A DNA stretch of 64,000 bases from Gammaproteobacteria bacterium (GTDB taxonomy: Bacteria > Pseudomonadota > Gammaproteobacteria > Eutrophobiales > Eutrophobiaceae), in NCBI GenBank assembly GCA_963422205.2, contig CAXMWX010000005.1, positions 288,001 through 352,000 of the forward strand. Reading direction: 5' to 3'. Position numbers and translations under genes: made by a program. Below the pieces are notes generated by a model. It did no database searches, was not told the DNA's origin, and was given only the letters and a program-made list of their open reading frames with translations. How positions within the stretch are numbered: the stretch's first letter is position 1; each line of letters opens with the position of its first letter. Below, piece by piece: positions 1-10,128 of this stretch.

Positions 1-218
1 CTGTGCACCTGAAAACGGAACCCACTGGCCACCTCGGCGAGGATCACGCCGCGCTCTGCATAGTCCTGCTGTAACTCCTGCAACACGGCACATACCGCAT
101 CCCGCCCCGGTGGCTCTGGCTCCTTGTCGAACAGGGCCACTAATTGTTTCACACTCAGGGGGTCGGGCAGCGCCATCAATGCTGCCTCAACGGCGCGCTT
201 TAATAAGGCCGGATTCAT
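1..218 (-). CDS. scpB: SMC-ScpAB segregation/condensation protein B (5' part, runs off window)
   Basis: Manual translation from ATG at 218, which overlaps the scpA stop: MNPALLKRAVEAALMALPDPLSVKQL...LAEVASGFRFQV, a typical ScpB N-terminus. Confidence 0.9.
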   Translation of the reverse strand, partial: MNPALLKRAVEAALMALPDPLSVKQLVALFDKEPEPPGRDAVCAVLQELQQDYAERGVILAEVASGFRFQVH

Positions 219-1030
219 GCCGCTGCTCGCACGTAAATCGGCCCGTTGGTTTCATTTTGTACCAGCTCAAGCAGCGATTCTCGGATTAATTCCAAGACCG
301 CCAGCAAGGCCACGATCACACCCGCCCGGCCCTCCTCGGGCTGAAACAGCGCCCTGAAGTCGGTAAATTTTTCCGTGCCGACCGTATCCAGCACGATCGT
401 CATCCGCTCACGCACCGACAAGTGCTCGGTCTCAACCTGATGATGGGTATCCATCTCCGCCCGCAGCAGCACGTCAGCGAAGGTGTGCAGGATCATCTCC
501 AGCGAAACCACCGGTGGCTGACGGGTTGTCTGCTTGTCTGGAAATGCGACCACGGTCGCAAACAGATCACGCTCCATCCGGGGCAAGGCATCAACCGCAT
601 CGGCAGCCTGTTTATAGCGTTCATATTCCTGCAAACGGCGCACTAACTCGGCGCGCGGATCATCCTCCTCTTCCTCATCCACCGGGCGCGGCAATAACAG
701 GCGGGATTTGATCTCGGCCAGCATCGCCGCCATCACCAGGTACTCGCCAGCCAGATCAAGCTGCAAACTGTCTATCAATTCAATGTAACGCATGTATTGC
801 TCGGTGATCTCGGCAACAGGAATATCCAGAATATCCATACTCTGGCGCTTAATCAGGTATAACAGTAAATCCAGCGGGCCCTCAAAGGTCTCCAAAAACA
901 CCTTCAGGGCGGCGGGCGGGATATAGAGATCTTTCGGCACCTGATTGAAAGGTGCGCCCTGCACGATGGCAAACGGCATTTCGCTCTGCCCAGCCTCAGA
1001 AGGGACGGGATTTTCGCTTTCAGTGCTCAT
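215..1030 (-). CDS. scpA: Segregation/condensation protein A (kleisin)
   Basis: FEGPLDLLLYLI and DPRAELVRRLQEYE motifs; lies between trpS and scpB. Confidence 0.95.
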   Translation of the reverse strand: MSTESENPVPSEAGQSEMPFAIVQGAPFNQVPKDLYIPPAALKVFLETFEGPLDLLLYLIKRQSMDILDIPVAEITEQYMRYIELIDSLQLDLAGEYLVMAAMLAEIKSRLLLPRPVDEEEEDDPRAELVRRLQEYERYKQAADAVDALPRMERDLFATVVAFPDKQTTRQPPVVSLEMILHTFADVLLRAEMDTHHQVETEHLSVRERMTIVLDTVGTEKFTDFRALFQPEEGRAGVIVALLAVLELIRESLLELVQNETNGPIYVRAAA

Positions 1031-1089
1031 GGGATACTGATCTTATCTTCTGCTGCACCCACGGGAAACCAGGAAGTAAACACGCCGTA

Positions 1090-1557
1090 TCAGCCTGCAT
1101 CAGGTATTGCAGGCCACTCCCTCAAAGGGGATAGCTCGCCATCGGCGGACAGGCATTTGCCAGTCCAAAGTCGACACCTGGGGTCGACACCTGGGAGCGA
1201 CACTGGCTGGCCGCCCAGGTTGCATCGAACCGCTGGCGGACTTGTGCCGCGCTGAACCGGTACACCCGGGCGTTCTTTAGGAGCATCGCCATCATCCACG
1301 GCGGCAACGATGATGGGCCACATCATCAAGTATCTTCCACCTGGCACCCACTCTGATGGCACGACGCTGATATCCCAATCCCTGGTGGTACGGATGGCCA
1401 TGCGCTGGTGCTTGCCGTTTTCTGCAATTTCCCAGACCTTAACCCATCCTGGCGCCCGCCCCGGAGCAAAGCCCTTGTCCTTGAGTGCGCGCAAGGCCGC
1501 GTTGATGAGGGTACTTGCGAAAGCGGCATGATGTTGGCCTGGTTTGACATGGTGCAT
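1090..1557 (-). pseudogene. Frameshifted hypothetical protein inserted between trpS and scpA
   Basis: Protein-like segments (QRMAIRTTRD, VAAVDDGDAPK, ARVYRFSAAQVRQRFD) split over frames; contains a 13-bp tandem duplication at 1170-1195. Confidence 0.45.
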
Positions 1558-1654
1558 CCGCCCTGTTTACTCGCATGGGTGTCATTGCCCGGACACTATA
1601 CCATATCCACACGGTTTGCAGATCATTCGCACCCTCGTTGTTTGAGCAGCAAGA

Positions 1655-2866
1655 TCAGCGGTAGGCAAGCCCCATGGCCTGTCGCACCTCATCGAGGGTC
1701 TCACGGGCAATGTCCCTGGCCGCCTCACACCCTTCATGGATAATCGCCCTGACTGTCTCCGGCTCGCTGATATACTCCTCGGCACGTTGCCGGAACGGGC
1801 CCTGCTCTTTCAGCACGCTGTCAATCAGCGGCCGCTTGCAATCCAGGCAACCGATACGGGCGCTGGTACAGCCCTCGATGACCCATTGTCTCAGACCATC
1901 ATCAGAATAGACCTCATGCAGCGCAAACACCGGACACTTGGCCGGATCGCCCGGATCATCCCGCCTGATCCGCGCCGGATCAGTCGGCATGGTGTTGATC
2001 TTCTCCTCCACGCTGGCCGGATTCTCGCGCAGGGAAATCGTATTGCCGTAGGATTTCGACATCTTCTGCCCATCCATGCCGGGCAGCTTCGGCGACTCGG
2101 TCAGCAGCGCTTGGGGTTCGGGGAAGATCATCTTGCCGCCGCCCTCCAGATAGCCCGCCAGCCGCTCCTGATCACCGATGCTGATATTCTGCTGGCTGGC
2201 TATCATCGCCCGGGCCTTCTCCAGCGCCATGCCATCACCCTGCTCCTGATAATGCCTGCGTAGCTCAAAATAGCGGCGGGCATTTTTCTTCCCCATCTTT
2301 TTGGCCGCCCTCTCCGCCTTGTCCTCAAAGCCCGGCTCACGACCATAGAGATAATTAAACCGGCGGGCAATCTCGCGCGCCATCTCCACATGCGGCACCT
2401 GATCTTCACCGACTGGCACGTGGCTGGCCTTGAAGATGATAATATCGGCACTCTGCAACAGCGGATAGCCCAGAAAACCGTAGGTGGTGAGGTCTTTGCC
2501 CGACAGCTTCTCCTGCTGATCTTTATAGCTTGGCACACGCTCCAGCCAACTCAGCGGCGTGATCATGGACAAGAGCAGATGCAGCTCGGCATGTTCGGGG
2601 ATATGCGACTGTATGTACAAGCGGGCGGCACCGGGATTGATCCCCACGGCCAGCCAGTCGATCACCATCTCCCAGATATTGGACTCGATCTCGCCCGGCC
2701 CTTCGTATTCGGTGGTAAGCGCATGCCAGTCGACCACGCTGAAAAAACATTCATATTCGGACTGTAGTTTGACCCAGTTTTTTAACACGCCGTGATAATG
2801 GCCGAGGTGTAACTGCCCGGTTGGGCGCATGCCTGACATGACCCGTGGCGTAGCTGATACTGACAA
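1655..2866 (-). CDS. trpS: Tryptophan--tRNA ligase (long form with internal insertion)
   Basis: SGMRPTG-HLGH (HIGH-like), VPVGEDQ and KMSKS motifs; probable TTG start at 2866 after an AAGGGG RBS. Confidence 0.96.
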   Translation of the reverse strand: MSVSATPRVMSGMRPTGQLHLGHYHGVLKNWVKLQSEYECFFSVVDWHALTTEYEGPGEIESNIWEMVIDWLAVGINPGAARLYIQSHIPEHAELHLLLSMITPLSWLERVPSYKDQQEKLSGKDLTTYGFLGYPLLQSADIIIFKASHVPVGEDQVPHVEMAREIARRFNYLYGREPGFEDKAERAAKKMGKKNARRYFELRRHYQEQGDGMALEKARAMIASQQNISIGDQERLAGYLEGGGKMIFPEPQALLTESPKLPGMDGQKMSKSYGNTISLRENPASVEEKINTMPTDPARIRRDDPGDPAKCPVFALHEVYSDDGLRQWVIEGCTSARIGCLDCKRPLIDSVLKEQGPFRQRAEEYISEPETVRAIIHEGCEAARDIARETLDEVRQAMGLAYR

Positions 2867-3065
2867 AAAATCCCCCTTATGGCTGGTAGCGAAACCCCGA
2901 TTATACATCACCAGATGATACACACCTATACATACCTCGGGGCTGGCTTGAGATAAGCCGATTTTATGCTGTCATACCAGCGAGGCGCGATGGCAGTAGT
3001 CTTCAACATGACAGGGCGCCTTACAGACAAGCAGGGGTCACATTAACGGGATTAAAAATTACCGC

Positions 3066-3143
3066 TGCCCTGGGGGGGTGTCCTGGGGAGTTGTCCTCGG
3101 ATGTTGCCCTGGGATATTACCCGGGCACGTTGTCTTGAGAGGA
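3066..3143 (+). repeat. Six degenerate 13-bp tandem units
   Basis: tgccctggggggg / tgtcctggggagt / tgtcctcggatgt / tgccctgggatat / tacccgggcacgt / tgtcttgagagga. Confidence 0.6.
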
Positions 3144-3413
3144 AGCGCTATATCGGCCAGTTATCCGGGGCAGCAACTTAATTTATCTACCTATTCCGGC
3201 TCAAAATGCAAATCATGGGCATCCATCAAAAGAAATCGCGGGTTGATTTTGCTGTCCCCCCGACAGAGTCTACCCCTCATCTGCAATTTCACTTAGGAGA
3301 CATTGTGAACCTCTGAAATGACTGGAAGGCGAAAATAGAAGCAGACGAGAGTTATTTTGGATGAAGACGCCAAGACCAGCGGGGTCGCGCTGCCAAGGAT
3401 AAAGTCCCTGTAT

Positions 3414-4028
3414 TCAAGGTTCGATTCCTAAGATCAGCAAGGGAACGGGCGGGCTGTTTCTTCCCTGTCTCATGACGTTATACACTTCACCTTCAAAATA
3501 GGCGATTCCCGTGTCCATTTGTTTTTGCATCTTTTTAGTTGGCAGAATCTCAATGCCCACATTGATCACGCCCCCAGAGTAAAATAGCATGTGCTTGACG
3601 AATAGGTCGAAAGCGACAAAAGCGTACTTTCCAAACTGAACTTCAACAGCAATTTTGTCTTTAACAAAGTCAGTTTGCTTGTAACTTTTGATTGGCTCCT
3701 CTCCGGTTTTGTTTGTTAAAAATTCTTTCTGTTCTGCATAGGGTAAAAGAATGCTTTGTTCTATCAGGTCTCGGTCGAGTGTTATGAAATACTGATATCT
3801 ACTTTCATGCCAACCCAATGCACTGAATTTAGAATCGAAGAGTTTGTTCAGATGCTTCTGATCTATCATCTGTCGTCCGATTCTTGCACTGTCTTTGCTC
3901 GGTTTAAAAGACAAATCAGATGTTTTAATAGATGAAATAACGTTTTTAATTTCCTTGTACCGCTTGTTGTGATGCACAATAAGATATTCCTCTCCGTTAA
4001 GATGGGAATAAGTCTGAGCTATTTCCAT
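3414..4028 (-). CDS. Type II restriction endonuclease, BglII/BstYI family
   Basis: YSHLNGEEYL N-terminus and TDFVKDKIAVEVQFGKY catalytic-like motif; adjacent to an MTase; low GC. Confidence 0.85.
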   Translation of the reverse strand: MEIAQTYSHLNGEEYLIVHHNKRYKEIKNVISSIKTSDLSFKPSKDSARIGRQMIDQKHLNKLFDSKFSALGWHESRYQYFITLDRDLIEQSILLPYAEQKEFLTNKTGEEPIKSYKQTDFVKDKIAVEVQFGKYAFVAFDLFVKHMLFYSGGVINVGIEILPTKKMQKQMDTGIAYFEGEVYNVMRQGRNSPPVPLLILGIEP

Positions 4029-4066
4029 TGGCGGGTGTTTCCATTGAGTTTCAGTTTACCGCCCAC

Positions 4067-5062
4067 TCATTCCCTGGGGCGTTGAGCGATCTTGTCCGTT
4101 GGCTTTGGCTTATGAATAGGCTTGTTAATCGGACGAAGTTTCAGTTCGCCAGCTTTGAATTTTTTAATTCGTTCGTTGGCTGTTTGAACATATTTGGCTT
4201 CTCTATCAATCCCGACGACATTTCTTTGGTTCTTGATCGCAGCAAGTAGAGTTGACCCAACTCCGGCATAAGGATCCAACACCCAACTGTTTTTGTTCGT
4301 TAAAGCAAGAAGGCATCGCTCAACGAGTTCAACAGGATATTGGCAGGGATGTTCCGTTTTTTCAGGATGGTTGGATTTCACATTGGGTATGTTCCACAGC
4401 GCATTTTCCCAATCCGTAACAACAATTTCCCAAATATCAGATGGGTTCTTGCCATTAGGGTTTCCGGAAAGCTGTCCTCTTTTCGGGCCTTTGAAATGTC
4501 TCTTGCCAGGATATTTTGCCGGCACTCTCACATCGTCCAAATTGAAAATGTAGTCATCAGTTTTGGAGAACCAGAGAATAGTTTCATAGCGTCCAGAGAA
4601 GCGATTCGAAGCATGAAGTCCGTGTCCAAAATGCCAGATTATTCGATTTCTAAGCCTAAGCCCATGTTGCTTAAAAATCTGGTAATAGAATATGTCCAAT
4701 GGAAATATTTCTCCCTTGTCCACATAGTTTCCAACTTGCCAGCAAATACTTCCTTGCTCAGAAGTGACGCGAACCAATTCATCAATGACTGATGCCTGCT
4801 GTTTTAAGTATTTTTCGATTGAGATCTTTGTCTCGTATTCCTTGCCAACATTGTATGGGGGAGAAGTGATCACTAAATCAAATTTCCCGGAATCGAGTTT
4901 TTTCAGATTAGAGAGAGTATCTCCCTCAATCATTTGATGTTGGGCAGGATACATCTCCTTGATAAATTCTGGAAAATTTTGGTTTACAAGGTTCATAGTA
5001 AAGCAATGGGTTAGAAATGAAATGGCTTCGTTATTCAGGACAGCCCCTGAAAATAATGGCAA
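4067..5062 (-). CDS. Site-specific DNA methyltransferase (N4-C/N6-A, beta class)
   Basis: TSPPY motif IV precedes HP and DPYAGVGST motif I; true start may be ~4955. Confidence 0.92.
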   Translation of the reverse strand: MPLFSGAVLNNEAISFLTHCFTMNLVNQNFPEFIKEMYPAQHQMIEGDTLSNLKKLDSGKFDLVITSPPYNVGKEYETKISIEKYLKQQASVIDELVRVTSEQGSICWQVGNYVDKGEIFPLDIFYYQIFKQHGLRLRNRIIWHFGHGLHASNRFSGRYETILWFSKTDDYIFNLDDVRVPAKYPGKRHFKGPKRGQLSGNPNGKNPSDIWEIVVTDWENALWNIPNVKSNHPEKTEHPCQYPVELVERCLLALTNKNSWVLDPYAGVGSTLLAAIKNQRNVVGIDREAKYVQTANERIKKFKAGELKLRPINKPIHKPKPTDKIAQRPRE

Positions 5063-5371
5063 TGACTAAAAAACGTTCGTATCCTTCCCTTTCAAGTCCT
5101 TCGTTAAATCTTGCTCGTTCCCTTGCCCCCAGTTCGTTAAATTTGCTCAACGCTACTCTCCTGTAGCACTCAAAAGCCAGGGGCTTTCCTGGATGTGCCA
5201 GCCATAATAGCTCTACCTCATTATTTCATCTGGTTAATCCCTGCGTTTGACACCTGGCCTTACGCCATCTGCAAAGGCGATACACTATAGCAGGCGGGAC
5301 GGTGGATTGTCAGGATGAATTTTAACTGACTGTACCATATACTGCTGCTTTGTCTAACCGCGTGAGACATC

Positions 5372-5938
5372 ATGAAATTTTTATTCGATTTATTTCCTGT
5401 GCTTGCTTTCTTTATCGCCTACTACATCCCGGATGACCGGGAGCAGGCCATTTATATCGCCACCCTGGTGGCCATCATCGCCTCTGTCATTCAGGTCGGC
5501 GGCGCCTGGCTGCTGACCCGCAAGGTGGAGAAGATGCACCTCATCACGCTGGTGATCATTGTCGTGCTGGGTGCGATCACCTTGCTCCTGCAAGACAAGC
5601 GGTTCTGGTTCTGGAAACCGACGATTGTCAACTGGCTGTTTGCCGCTGTCTTTTTTGCCAGCCAGTATATCGGCAAGCGACCGGTGATTGAACGCATGCT
5701 GTCGCAGGCCGTTGATGCGCCCCGAACCGTCTGGTTAAGGTTAAACCTTGCCTGGGTTGTGTTTTTTATCATCGTGGGGCTGTTAAATATCTATGTGGCA
5801 TTTAATTTTGCTGAACATATCTGGGTTAATTTCAAGCTCTTCGGCCTGATGGGGTTGACCCTGATATTCGCTCTTGCACAGGCGTTTGTGCTTGCCCGCT
5901 ACATGAAAGCACCGGAAGAACAGGGCGCCGAGGAATGA
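5372..5938 (+). CDS. yciB: Inner membrane-spanning protein YciB (septation protein A)
   Basis: MKFLFDLFP, WKPTIVNW and WVNFKLFG motifs. Confidence 0.93.
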   Translation: MKFLFDLFPVLAFFIAYYIPDDREQAIYIATLVAIIASVIQVGGAWLLTRKVEKMHLITLVIIVVLGAITLLLQDKRFWFWKPTIVNWLFAAVFFASQYIGKRPVIERMLSQAVDAPRTVWLRLNLAWVVFFIIVGLLNIYVAFNFAEHIWVNFKLFGLMGLTLIFALAQAFVLARYMKAPEEQGAEE

Positions 5939-6213
5939 CAGAACAACGGCTGGCGATGATACGCCAGCGCTTAACCGGCGCATTCACACCGCACCGCCTG
6001 GACATCGTTGATGAGTCGCATCAACATGTCGGCCATGCGGGGGCCGCCGCCGGGGGCGGGCATTTTCGGGTAAGCATAGTCAGCGAGGCGTTCATGGCAC
6101 AGACCACGCTGCAACGTCATCGCAAGGTCTATGCCGCACTCGCCGACATGATGCCCGAACACATCCATGCCGTGAGCATTCTCGCCCGAACGCCGGCAGA
6201 GGCAGACGACTGA
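5935..6213 (+). CDS. bolA: BolA family protein
   Basis: DESHQHVGHAG, HFRVSIVSEAF and RHRKVY motifs. Confidence 0.88.
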   Translation: MTEQRLAMIRQRLTGAFTPHRLDIVDESHQHVGHAGAAAGGGHFRVSIVSEAFMAQTTLQRHRKVYAALADMMPEHIHAVSILARTPAEADD

Positions 6214-6383
6214 TCCCTATCGGCAAGTTCTCACAGAGAGACTGTACCTGGCCGGGGCCCGATCACATGCAGAGGCGATCACAGGTGATGTGCTTAAACG
6301 CCCTCGCTCCTGGCTGAACTGGCAACGAAGCACCCGACAAAAGCAAGCCGTCAAAAAATGCCGTGATGTTACACTGACCGCTC

Positions 6384-7506
6384 ATGACCGTAGCGCTGAC
6401 AAAACAACTGATTAGCCGTGCTTCGGTGACGCCCGCCGATGCCGGTTGCCAGCCGCTGATTGCCGAGCGACTGGCCGCCAGCGGCTTTGTTGCCACCCAC
6501 CTGCACTATGATGCGGTGGATAATCTCTGGCTGACGCATGGCAGCGGGGCGCCGGTATTCACCTTTCTTGGTCATACCGATGTGGTACCGCCAGGGCCGC
6601 TGGAACACTGGCACAGCAACCCCTTCCAGGGCGAAGTGCGGGATGGCCTGCTCTATGGCCGTGGGGGCGGCGGACATGAAGGGCAGCATCGCTGCGATGG
6701 TGACGGCGCTGGAGCGTTTTACCGCCGACAGGCCCGATCATAACGGCACGCTGGCCATGCTGCTGACCAGCGATGAGGAGGGGGTTGCCATCAATGGCAC
6801 GGCCAGGGCCATGGGCTATTTGCAGGAAAACGGCATTCATATCGACTGGTGCCTGGTCGGCGAGCCATCCAGCCAGGAACGGCTGGGCGATGTGATAAAA
6901 AACGGGCGGCGCGGCTCCCTGAACGGGCGGCTTGTCGTCACGGGCAGGCAGGGGCATACCGCCTACCCGCACTTGGCCGATAACCCGATACACCGGCTGG
7001 CACCGGCGTTGATGACACTCACGCAACGGACCTGGGATGACGGCAACGCCCACTACCCGCCCAGCAGCCTGCAAATATCCAACATCCAGGCGGGAACGGG
7101 CGCCACGAATGTGATCCCGGCCACGGTGACGGTCGATTTCAACTTGCGTTTTTCCACTATCTGGACGGCGGCAGAATTGCAACGGGAAGTCGCCCTGCTG
7201 CTGGATAACCATCAACTGAACTATCGCTGTGACTGGGCGCCGGCTAGCCCGCCGTTTTTTACCGGCAGCGGTAACTTGCTGGCCGCCGTGCAGCGGGCGA
7301 TCACATCCCGCTGCGGTATTGACGCCACGCCCTCAACCGCTGGCGGCACCTCTGATGGCCGTTTCGTTGCCCCCACGGGTGCCGAGGTGGTGGAACTGGG
7401 GCCGGTCAATGCCACTATTCACCAGGTGAATGAATGCGTCAGCATCGCCGATCTCAAGACATTGAGCGAGGTGTATGAGGCGGTCATCAACGAGCTGATG
7501 GGGTAA
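6384..7506 (+). CDS. dapE: Succinyl-diaminopimelate desuccinylase with +1 frameshift in G-run 6663-6667
   Basis: GHTDVVP in the first frame; [19 protein letters not shown] and TIHQVNE in the second; removing one G restores YGRGAADMKG. Confidence 0.9.
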
Positions 7507-7510
7507 GCAG

Positions 7511-7582
7511 ATGTTTGAACGATGGTTAGAGAAAATCCTGTAAGCCAGCCGCTGGTTATTAGCGCCGGTCTGTATCGCATGG
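7511..7582 (+). pseudogene. N-terminal remnant of a YqhA/UPF0114-like protein
   Basis: Manual translation MFERWLEKIL*ASRWLLAPV resembles the YqhA N-terminus (..YASRWLLAPVY). Confidence 0.55.
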
Positions 7583-7988
7583 CTTTTCCAATCCACCGGG
7601 AATGATAAAGTCGTTACTTGCAAATTTGGGATGAGGAATTAAGGGCATACGTCAGAAGGGCCTGGGCAAGATAGTATGCCCGTGAAAACCGCGTTGGGCG
7701 TGATGAGATACCAAGGTTTGTGGGGGCGCTCACCGGTGCAAAATCCACAGTCAAGGCGTTTTTATCATCACCTCTTGCTTCACGGATAGCGCAGCAAGGG
7801 ATGCCAGCGGCCTGCACGGCAGTGCCAATCTGGTCTTGATAGATGGCCAGCAGCTGACCGGCCATATTTATGACGATGGATTAGGCAGGCTGAGCAGTCC
7901 ATCCCCATTAAAAATCCCCATTAACAAACTGGATACCGATTTCCGGGATGAGATGCAGGATGATGCACATGCCCGACAAGAGAGGGCC

Positions 7989-9296
7989 TCAGGCCGTGGC
8001 GGCATCATCAAACTGTGCTTGTTCAGTGGAACCGGCGAGCGCAGTGACCGAGGACTGCCCGCCCTGTATGATGGTGGTAACCTCATCAAAATAACCGGCG
8101 CCCACTTCCTGCTGATGGCTGGCAAAGGTATAGCCCCGGCTGGCGGCGGCAAACTCCGGCTCCTGCACCATATCGACATAAGCCGTCATGCCTTTTTCGA
8201 CATAGTGATGCGCCAGATCAAACATGTGATACCACATGTTATGGATCCCGGCCAGGGTGATGAACTGGTACTTGTACCCCATCGCGCCCAGCTCACGCTG
8301 AAATCTGGCGATGGTGGCATCATCTAGGTTCTTTTTCCAGTTAAAAGAAGGCGAGCAGTTATACGCCAGCAACTGCTGTGGGTGCTTGTCCTTGATTGCC
8401 TCGGCAAAACGCTTCGCCTCATCCAGATCGGGTACCGCCGTCTCACACCAGAGCAAATCGGCATAAGGCGCATACGACAGGCCGCGTGCTATGGCCTGTT
8501 CCAGCCCGGGGCGGGTGACGTAAAAACCCTCGGCGGTGCGCTCGCCGGTAATGAATTTTTTGTCCCGCTCATCGGTATCCGAGGTCAACAGGTTAGCCGC
8601 ATTGGCATCGGTTCGGGCCAGCACGACTGTGGGCACTCCCATCGTATCGGCCGCCAGCCGTGCCGCGGTTAATTTCTGTACAGCATCCTGCGTAGGCACC
8701 AGCACCTTGCCGCCCATGTGTCCGCACTTCTTCACCGATGCCAGTTGATCTTCGAAATGCACGCCCGCCGCGCCCGCCTCGATCATGGCCTTCATCAATT
8801 CAAACGCATTCAGCACCCCGCCAAAACCGGCCTCGGCATCGGCCACGATGGGCGCAAAGAAATCAATATCAACCCCCCCCTCTTTTTCTCTGGCGCACTG
8901 AATCTCATCAGCGCGCTTAAAGGCATTGTTGATACGCCGTACCATGGTGGGTACGGAATCCACGGCATACAAAGACTGATCCGGGTACATGGTCTGTGAG
9001 GTATTGCCATCGGCCGCCACCTGCCAGCCGGACAGATAAATCGCCTTCACGCCCGCCTTGACCTGTTGCACCGCCTGACCACCGGTCAGCGCGCCCAGGC
9101 AGTTCACATAATCGTTTTCATGCAGCAGCCGCCACAGCTGCGCCGCACCGCGCCGCGCCAGGGTATGCTCAATCTGCACCGAGCCGCGCAGGCGCACCAC
9201 ATCGGCGGCGGTATAATCACGCCGGACATCTCGCCAGCGGGGGTTTTCTTTCCAGTCCTGTTCCAGTTGTTCGCTTTGTGCCGCAGCGCTCATCAA
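7989..9296 (-). CDS. aceA: Isocitrate lyase
   Basis: KKCGHMGGK signature; [10 protein letters not shown] and [10 protein letters not shown]. Confidence 0.97.
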   Translation of the reverse strand: MMSAAAQSEQLEQDWKENPRWRDVRRDYTAADVVRLRGSVQIEHTLARRGAAQLWRLLHENDYVNCLGALTGGQAVQQVKAGVKAIYLSGWQVAADGNTSQTMYPDQSLYAVDSVPTMVRRINNAFKRADEIQCAREKEGGVDIDFFAPIVADAEAGFGGVLNAFELMKAMIEAGAAGVHFEDQLASVKKCGHMGGKVLVPTQDAVQKLTAARLAADTMGVPTVVLARTDANAANLLTSDTDERDKKFITGERTAEGFYVTRPGLEQAIARGLSYAPYADLLWCETAVPDLDEAKRFAEAIKDKHPQQLLAYNCSPSFNWKKNLDDATIARFQRELGAMGYKYQFITLAGIHNMWYHMFDLAHHYVEKGMTAYVDMVQEPEFAAASRGYTFASHQQEVGAGYFDEVTTIIQGGQSSVTALAGSTEQAQFDDAATA

Positions 9297-9786
9297 TCTC
9301 TCTCCTTAAACAAACATTATACCAGGGCAAGCCTAAGGGCTAACCTGCCAGTGTTGAGGGGCGCACAGGTTACGCTGCGGCGCAACATTTGACAAGCAAA
9401 TTCTGCCCAGCGGGATGACTGGCTTTGCCAAAACCCGCCTGCCTGTGCCGTATCCATACCGGGAGATTTCACGATAAAAAACCAATAATCAAGCAGTTAC
9501 CGGGGCCCTCGCGGGACGGGTGAGGGCTATAAGATGAGCGGCTGTACGGCCAACCGCTGATGATGGCCTTGCCCGATGATGAGGATAGACTCATCGCCCG
9601 CTGCCCGCCTAATGCGGTATTGAACGCCTACACTTGCCGGCTATCGAATGATGTCAACAGACGATAAAATAATCACGCCGGCTTGATCTTTGCCTGCCAG
9701 AACAAATAGGTAAAACATGCTAAAGTTAGCGTTACTATGTTAAGCACAAAGCGAAGTCATATCGTCTGGAGCATAAGAGTATAACG

Positions 9787-10107
9787 ATGGCAGATAAAAC
9801 CGAACATCACCCTGATGATGGCCTGGCCCTGCAGGAAGCCCGGCCGAAGCTGAAAAAACCGCCGTTGTATAAAGTCATTTTGATCAACGATGACTACACA
9901 CCGATGGAATTTGTGGTACATATCCTGGAAATCTTCTTTGCGATGAGTCGGGAAAATGCGACCCGCATCATGCTTGAGATACATACGATGGGCAAGGGCG
10001 TGTGTGGCATCTTCACCCATGAGATCGCCGAGACCAAGGTATCGCAGGTAAACCATTACTCACGCGAGAATGAACACCCATTAATGTGTACGATGGAGAA
10101 AGCGTAA
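9787..10107 (+). CDS. clpS: ATP-dependent Clp protease adaptor
   Basis: [17 protein letters not shown]; upstream of clpA. Confidence 0.96.
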   Translation: MADKTEHHPDDGLALQEARPKLKKPPLYKVILINDDYTPMEFVVHILEIFFAMSRENATRIMLEIHTMGKGVCGIFTHEIAETKVSQVNHYSRENEHPLMCTMEKA

Positions 10108-10128
10108 CCTTAAAAGAGGAGATGATGA

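Noticed and set aside
9300-9786. Long aceA-clpS intergenic region as an ncRNA or cspD
   Set aside because: No recognisable RNA motif or cold-shock ORF
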